This document shows positions 59,127-64,000 of a stretch of DNA of 64,000 nucleotides, piece by piece (position 1 is the stretch's first letter; each line of letters begins with the position of its first letter). The position numbers were made by a program, and so were the translations under genes. The notes under the pieces are model-generated. The model ran no database searches, was not told the origin of the DNA, and saw only the letters and a list, made by a program, of their open reading frames with translations. The stretch spans positions 1,302,001-1,366,000 of the forward strand of contig JAUFOR010000002.1 in the NCBI GenBank assembly GCA_040285745.1. Reading direction: 5' to 3'. The DNA comes from Barthelona sp. PCE. Its lineage: Eukaryota.

Positions 59127-60576
59127 TTACAAGCCCATAATACCAGCGACGGGGATGTTTTCAGGGAACACCAAGCTGCCCCATTGTTTAGGAGTTACAG
59201 AGTTGAAAGACATGAGCTGTTGTTCCTCGAAGGTTGTGAAGTTAATATCAACAACGGGGACATGTGTCTTAACAGAGGATATACACTTACCGCTTCTGGT
59301 GTCCCATACTGCAGCATATCCCTTTGTACCAGCACCTAGAAGAGTACCAGTCTCGTTGAATTTAACATTGAGCACGTTGCTCATCAGAGGGGTGGCAAAC
59401 AGAAGTTCTTCTGAGTTGACGTCCCAAATGCGCACCTTTGCACCACGACGGAAAGCACCTGTTGCTAACCAAGGCTTGGCAGGGTGCCAGTCCAGCGTGA
59501 AGACCATATCATCATGTGGAAGCATGACGGATTTGTTCTTATCGATGACATTTCTGACACATGCGAAACCGTCATCACTACCGCTTGCCAGCAATGTTCT
59601 TGAGCTATCAAAGGCGACGCAGTTGATCTCCTTGTCAGACTCAAACGTTGTGATAGGTGTGGCAACTCCAAATTCATGTAATAGAATGTTGCCATCCTTG
59701 GCGCCAGTTGCAAAGGCAATATTCGACTGCCAATCAAGAGACATGACTGTCTTCTTGCCAGGGCCTGTCCTCTCGAATGTCTGCTTGACAGTCCATGAAG
59801 CCAAGTCGATAAGAGCAGTGTTCCGTCCAGCAACACAAAGATAAGTACCTGAAGGATTCCATTTTGCGACAACAGGTCTTCCAACGTTGGATTGAGTAGC
59901 CATCGTGAAGTCCATAGTGTCTTCGTTGAGATCCAGCTTGAAAACGTCTCCGTTCTTGAGACACACAGCAGCCAAAGGTTCTGTAGGGTGCCACTGAATA
60001 TCTGTGATTTGTTCTTGGAATTCGTGCTTTATGATGCCTTCCTTCCTCGGCAAGTCGATGTTGACACCGGCCTCACACTTATTGACGTCTTCAATGAAGA
60101 CCTTGTTACCTTCTGAGCAAGAAACAACCTTTCTTGTTTCAGAATTGCTGAATTTAACGTTCTGAACTGACTGGGGAGTCTTAGACATCACGCATAGATC
60201 GTCTACCTTGATCTGTGAACCAGCATCAGGAACTTTTGCTGTGACTTGGCTCTTTGAGTGGGTTGAAAGTGAGCAAATATGAGGATCTGTGAGAGTAAAT
60301 GGAGCGTCACACTCGACCATGCGACCATCCTCTGAAATATGTGTTTCAAGCTCAAGAAATTGGATACCCTTTTGTAAGAAGCTAATTAGTAATGCAGGAG
60401 ACACTGGTTTGTTGTGGAGACCCGACATCTGCAGCAATGATTCGTGAAGAAATGTGAACGCACTGTGCTCATAGCCTAAAATGTTAGTTTGCTTCATATG
60501 TGCCCTTTAAAAGCATACCAGATTCGAGAAGATATCTGAAGACCAAGAGGTTAACCTCGTCCGAATGTAATGACAT
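59127..60576 (-). CDS. TBL1: TBL1/Sif2/HOS15-like LisH-WD40 corepressor; exons 60576-60519 and 60475-59127
   Basis: Splicing restores MSLHSDEVNLLVFRYLLESG|YEHSAFTF; also LQKGIQF and WD40 repeats. Confidence 0.88.
60476..60518 (-). other. 43-nt spliceosomal intron
   Basis: GTATGC...ACTAACATTTTAG; restores the LisH motif. Confidence 0.9.
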
Positions 60577-60774
60577 TTCCGAACGGTTGAAAAGGAAGGT
60601 AAAATACTTAATGCCTTCACCATTATTTTACTTAAATATAAAGCTATTTTACTAATGCTGTGAAGCATATTCAGATAAAGTACTGCAAGAAAAGCAAGTA
60701 AATCATAAACAAATGAACCGGCATATCTTTAGTTGTTTATAAGACATTATAAACAACTAATATGCCGTTCTATT

Positions 60775-63700
60775 TCAAAAGTCATCAATCAAAAGCGCAC
60801 CTGATCCCTTATAAACTGAATCAGTTATACCATCGACCTTGTTTTTCAACTGGGTTTTCCAGAGCACAATTACAGTTATTACTCCACAAAGAATGGCTGC
60901 AACGTTATTTATGAGAACCATTGCAGCACTACAGAGTGTTAGAATGGTGAGTAAAGCAAAGCGTACAGATAATATTGAAATCCAAGGAAGAGCATGTGGC
61001 TTCAAACTTATCAGACTGATAATGTAAACAGAAAGATACACAATCTGCAGATACAGAGAGGAACTACCGTAAAATAGCATGTAAACTTGTAGCACAGTTC
61101 TTATAAAAACATTAACACCCTCGAACCACATAAATTTCGGTTTTAATCCGAGTGCCAGAATATTTTGGTCAACCATACTGCAGCGACAATTTGATTTGAA
61201 GTTCCTAATCATGTATACTAAGAAAAAGCAAAAATTGAATAAAATCCAGACGGCCATTGAGTTCACTCTCAATAAATCGGATGAGTAGATTTTCCGTCTG
61301 GGATCAAGCCACATTCTGCGAGAGTTATCGAACAGACTGTTAGGAGACAAAGTGCTCTTCATATCAACGGGTGACAGAGCACCAATGTTGTGTGCCAGCA
61401 GGTACGGTGCAAGCGCAAGAATGTTCTGCTGGAACTTAACTGCTGCAGTCTTTCCATGAGCTTTCTTTAATGGATGATTGCAAAGCGTCTTCCAGAGCGA
61501 GGAAATATGAGGGGAGTAAATGATTAACAGCAGCAAATTATCAATAAAAAAGTTGCTCAGGAAGCTGCATGGCGATCGAAGAAAGTTAAACATGTTGGGC
61601 GCCAAGGTTGTTAATAAACATTGCAGTGTTGCAATGGGAGAGAAGACACTCAACTTTGAATCAATGACGTTACTCGACTCTACCATATATACTGATCTGT
61701 TCTGAATCAAAAAGATAAAGAACGGAGCAAAAAAGAACACCTGTCGGAATATAATCTTGTACAACACAAACAAATCATATTGTGTCTCATCTTCAGCGAG
61801 GTTTTTGAACAGGAACTCCCATTTGTACCCGTGCTTCATGAACAACAGGACAAGGATAAGTAGACCAACATGCACCACTGCAACGACGGCTGTCCATCCT
61901 AAAGGAAGACACCATACACAGTTACCAAACTGTGCTTCTCGTACAACACCGTGCACAACACCATGGTCAATGAATTCAACGTTGCAATGTGAGCAGAAGT
62001 CACCGTATCCAAGGCGACCGCAGCCGTTATCGGGCAGCGAAGCGTCACACGTTAAGGGGTTCGCGTCCCGCAGGTGAGTGAAATTCAAGCCTGTATTACC
62101 GCTGTGAACCATGCCACCCGGGCACCACTGCGGTCTGGGACACTTGAACAGCTGCACATTATCGTCCTTCTCCTGCAGATAGTGGCCGACTGGGACCGTG
62201 TACTTGTCTGAAGTGAACATTGCGATCTGGACAGGTTTCCATCCATTGTTAAGAGAAACGCACTTATCGTCACTAGAGTTTCTATGAATCTGCACAGTGC
62301 CTGACTCGCACTCGTCACACATCAACCCGTCTTTTGTGTCTATCATTTCATATCCGGCATTGCAATACGGTATTTTGACTTTCATCATTTGCGTTACGTT
62401 TTCATGTCTCATCGACAGTTGCAACGTTGATCCGAACGTGGCATCGCTACCTGGTGGCATGTTGAGCTTCAATAGCCCAGAAGGGTTCTGCCATATGATG
62501 AGCGGTAGCGCATCAGCGTAATACGTGATTGGGAACAGTTCATTAGACTTGTAGGGATAAAAGTTTTCTAAATCCAATGTGTTGAAATTCATCATTCCCC
62601 CAATACTATCATTTTTAACGTATATTTCCAGTTCGCTTGGTACCATTGGGGCAAAATATCGCATTCTTAAAGGATGCATATCGAAGGGGTAATACTCGTA
62701 CACGTGGGACCAAGGGCACTTGAAGTCTCCAGAGCGAACGAGGGGTTTTGAGTTCTGGCGATAAATGCGCTCACACCATCTTCTATTGTTTGGCATTGGA
62801 AACTTTCTACCAAATTGGAAACGAGAAGCACGGAAAAATATCAAACCAGTCCGGTTAAATAGAATGAGATTGGCGTCACCTTCAAACTTAACAAGCCCGA
62901 TAACCAAAACTGAGACACTGAAATCGTCAGTATTATTTGCAAAACACAAAGGAGATTTCAGATCAAAATTGGCCACTTCAGCAAACACTGAACCACCGCG
63001 ATACCCAATATTGCGGTCAATGGATGTGACTAGGTGTTTATCATCGCGAGAATGTGTGTGAAAGATGAATTCGATGCTGTGAAAGACACCGCCTAATACA
63101 CCCCTGTTATCTGCTAAAATGGAGTAATCTGAATTGAACTCTAACGTCTCCTTACAGAAGAAGACACCTGCGCCGAACTGTGACGTGGAATGTGTGACGC
63201 TGAGAGATCTTTGGTCAGGATAATTGTCAATATCCCTCATCGCTTCAACAATGGCGTTATAGCCACACATGAAACCGCTCCAATATCCGCTGTTATGCGA
63301 TGCATTGACACTCTTGAATGTGAGGGCAACATTTAATGTCTTTGTAAAAATAATTGGAGCAACACCACAATGACAGTGATGGATATTAACACGATAGAAC
63401 ATAATAAGGTGCGGAAATGTATCTTTATCCGTGTCACGCAGGTTGCCTGCTACCACACCAGAGAAATTCAAACAGTTTTCAAATTGAACATCAATAATCT
63501 GCATTGTCAAACCCAAATGGGTAGTTTGAGGGATGACAAGCAATACAAATGTATCATAGTTATCAGGGATAAAAAGATCTCCATTACTGTCATACTTCTT
63601 TGCAATACAGTCATTAAATGAAACGTTCTCAACGCGTCGTTCGAATGTTGACAAAATTCCCACTTGGTACTTGTCTGGAACAGGGGAAATACCCTGTATG

Positions 63701-64000
63701 ATGTTCAACATCTGCACTCTCTCAAAGTGGCTGTCTGTAAACACTGTGTAATATGAACCTCCGAATATGGAGTCTGTTACAGTCAAACCCCTCATAATAA
63801 TGTTAGCGCTCAGTCCAATATCATGGATACAAACCAGATGCGCTTTTAGCGTGCTGTCAACAATAGTGACGTTCTCAACAATGACCTGGAACGCTGGCTG
63901 CTCACTTGTTACTATTAGAAGTGGCATTTCACAGTATGCACCATCGAAAAGAATATTTCTGATTGTTGGGTGAGTGGAGGTAGCTGGTGCAGTAAGCGAG
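60775..64000 (-). CDS. Large surface protein: beta-helix (Pmp-like GGxF repeats), Cys-rich region and multi-TM C-terminus (5' end beyond window)
   Basis: Frame stays open upstream of 63927 to the window edge; FGAGVF, LGGVF and RGGSVF repeats; CNAG..CDECESG, CPRPQWCPGG, GYGDFCSHC; about 7 TM helices. Confidence 0.8.
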   Translation of the reverse strand, partial: SLTAPATSTHPTIRNILFDGAYCEMPLLIVTSEQPAFQVIVENVTIVDSTLKAHLVCIHDIGLSANIIMRGLTVTDSIFGGSYYTVFTDSHFERVQMLNIIQGISPVPDKYQVGILSTFERRVENVSFNDCIAKKYDSNGDLFIPDNYDTFVLLVIPQTTHLGLTMQIIDVQFENCLNFSGVVAGNLRDTDKDTFPHLIMFYRVNIHHCHCGVAPIIFTKTLNVALTFKSVNASHNSGYWSGFMCGYNAIVEAMRDIDNYPDQRSLSVTHSTSQFGAGVFFCKETLEFNSDYSILADNRGVLGGVFHSIEFIFHTHSRDDKHLVTSIDRNIGYRGGSVFAEVANFDLKSPLCFANNTDDFSVSVLVIGLVKFEGDANLILFNRTGLIFFRASRFQFGRKFPMPNNRRWCERIYRQNSKPLVRSGDFKCPWSHVYEYYPFDMHPLRMRYFAPMVPSELEIYVKNDSIGGMMNFNTLDLENFYPYKSNELFPITYYADALPLIIWQNPSGLLKLNMPPGSDATFGSTLQLSMRHENVTQMMKVKIPYCNAGYEMIDTKDGLMCDECESGTVQIHRNSSDDKCVSLNNGWKPVQIAMFTSDKYTVPVGHYLQEKDDNVQLFKCPRPQWCPGGMVHSGNTGLNFTHLRDANPLTCDASLPDNGCGRLGYGDFCSHCNVEFIDHGVVHGVVREAQFGNCVWCLPLGWTAVVAVVHVGLLILVLLFMKHGYKWEFLFKNLAEDETQYDLFVLYKIIFRQVFFFAPFFIFLIQNRSVYMVESSNVIDSKLSVFSPIATLQCLLTTLAPNMFNFLRSPCSFLSNFFIDNLLLLIIYSPHISSLWKTLCNHPLKKAHGKTAAVKFQQNILALAPYLLAHNIGALSPVDMKSTLSPNSLFDNSRRMWLDPRRKIYSSDLLRVNSMAVWILFNFCFFLVYMIRNFKSNCRCSMVDQNILALGLKPKFMWFEGVNVFIRTVLQVYMLFYGSSSLYLQIVYLSVYIISLISLKPHALPWISILSVRFALLTILTLCSAAMVLINNVAAILCGVITVIVLWKTQLKNKVDGITDSVYKGSGALLIDDF

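Noticed and set aside
1..64000. tRNA, rRNA, CRISPR arrays, transposases, prokaryotic operons or defence systems
   Set aside because: None recognised; gene content and introns are eukaryotic throughout.

Overview
Gene-dense eukaryotic nuclear DNA from a flagellated protist with a very compact genome. It carries about 38 protein-coding genes in the standard genetic code (TAA, TAG and TGA all serve as stops), intergenic gaps often of only 6-50 bp, and rare, very short spliceosomal introns (GTATGY...ACTHAY-N3/4-TAG). That architecture is reminiscent of metamonads, but the taxon is an inference. Recognisable genes: BLTP1/Csf1 (partial, missed by the ORF track), DCAF7, inositol polyphosphate kinase, PITP, LRRC45, TPI, a divergent TBP, BBS7, canopy, STK36/Fused, GH31 alpha-glucosidase, RFT1, DRC11/IQCA1, an alpha2delta-like VWA protein, a PQQ-type beta-propeller, a nucleoside phosphorylase, cathepsin B-like protease, polyprenol reductase, RPL8, Josephin, PPAT, CysRS, kinesin-8, CCDC13, YjbQ, LAS1, MCM2, BBS5, an SH3-RPEL-RhoGAP, TBL1-like, and a large beta-helix/Cys-rich multi-TM protein running off the right edge. 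No rRNA, tRNA, CRISPR array or transposase was recognised. I found no clear-cut novel multi-gene system. The most interesting signals concern gene expression: a TBP with a degenerate C-terminal DNA-binding repeat, a hairpin-shortened intron, a 5'UTR intron ending right at the ATG, an orphan or GC-type splice acceptor before RPL8, stop codons fused to a TAAA motif, a 22-bp direct repeat flanking cathepsin B, and a candidate structured RNA near 38.6-38.8 kb. All protein identifications come from motif recall, not database searches.
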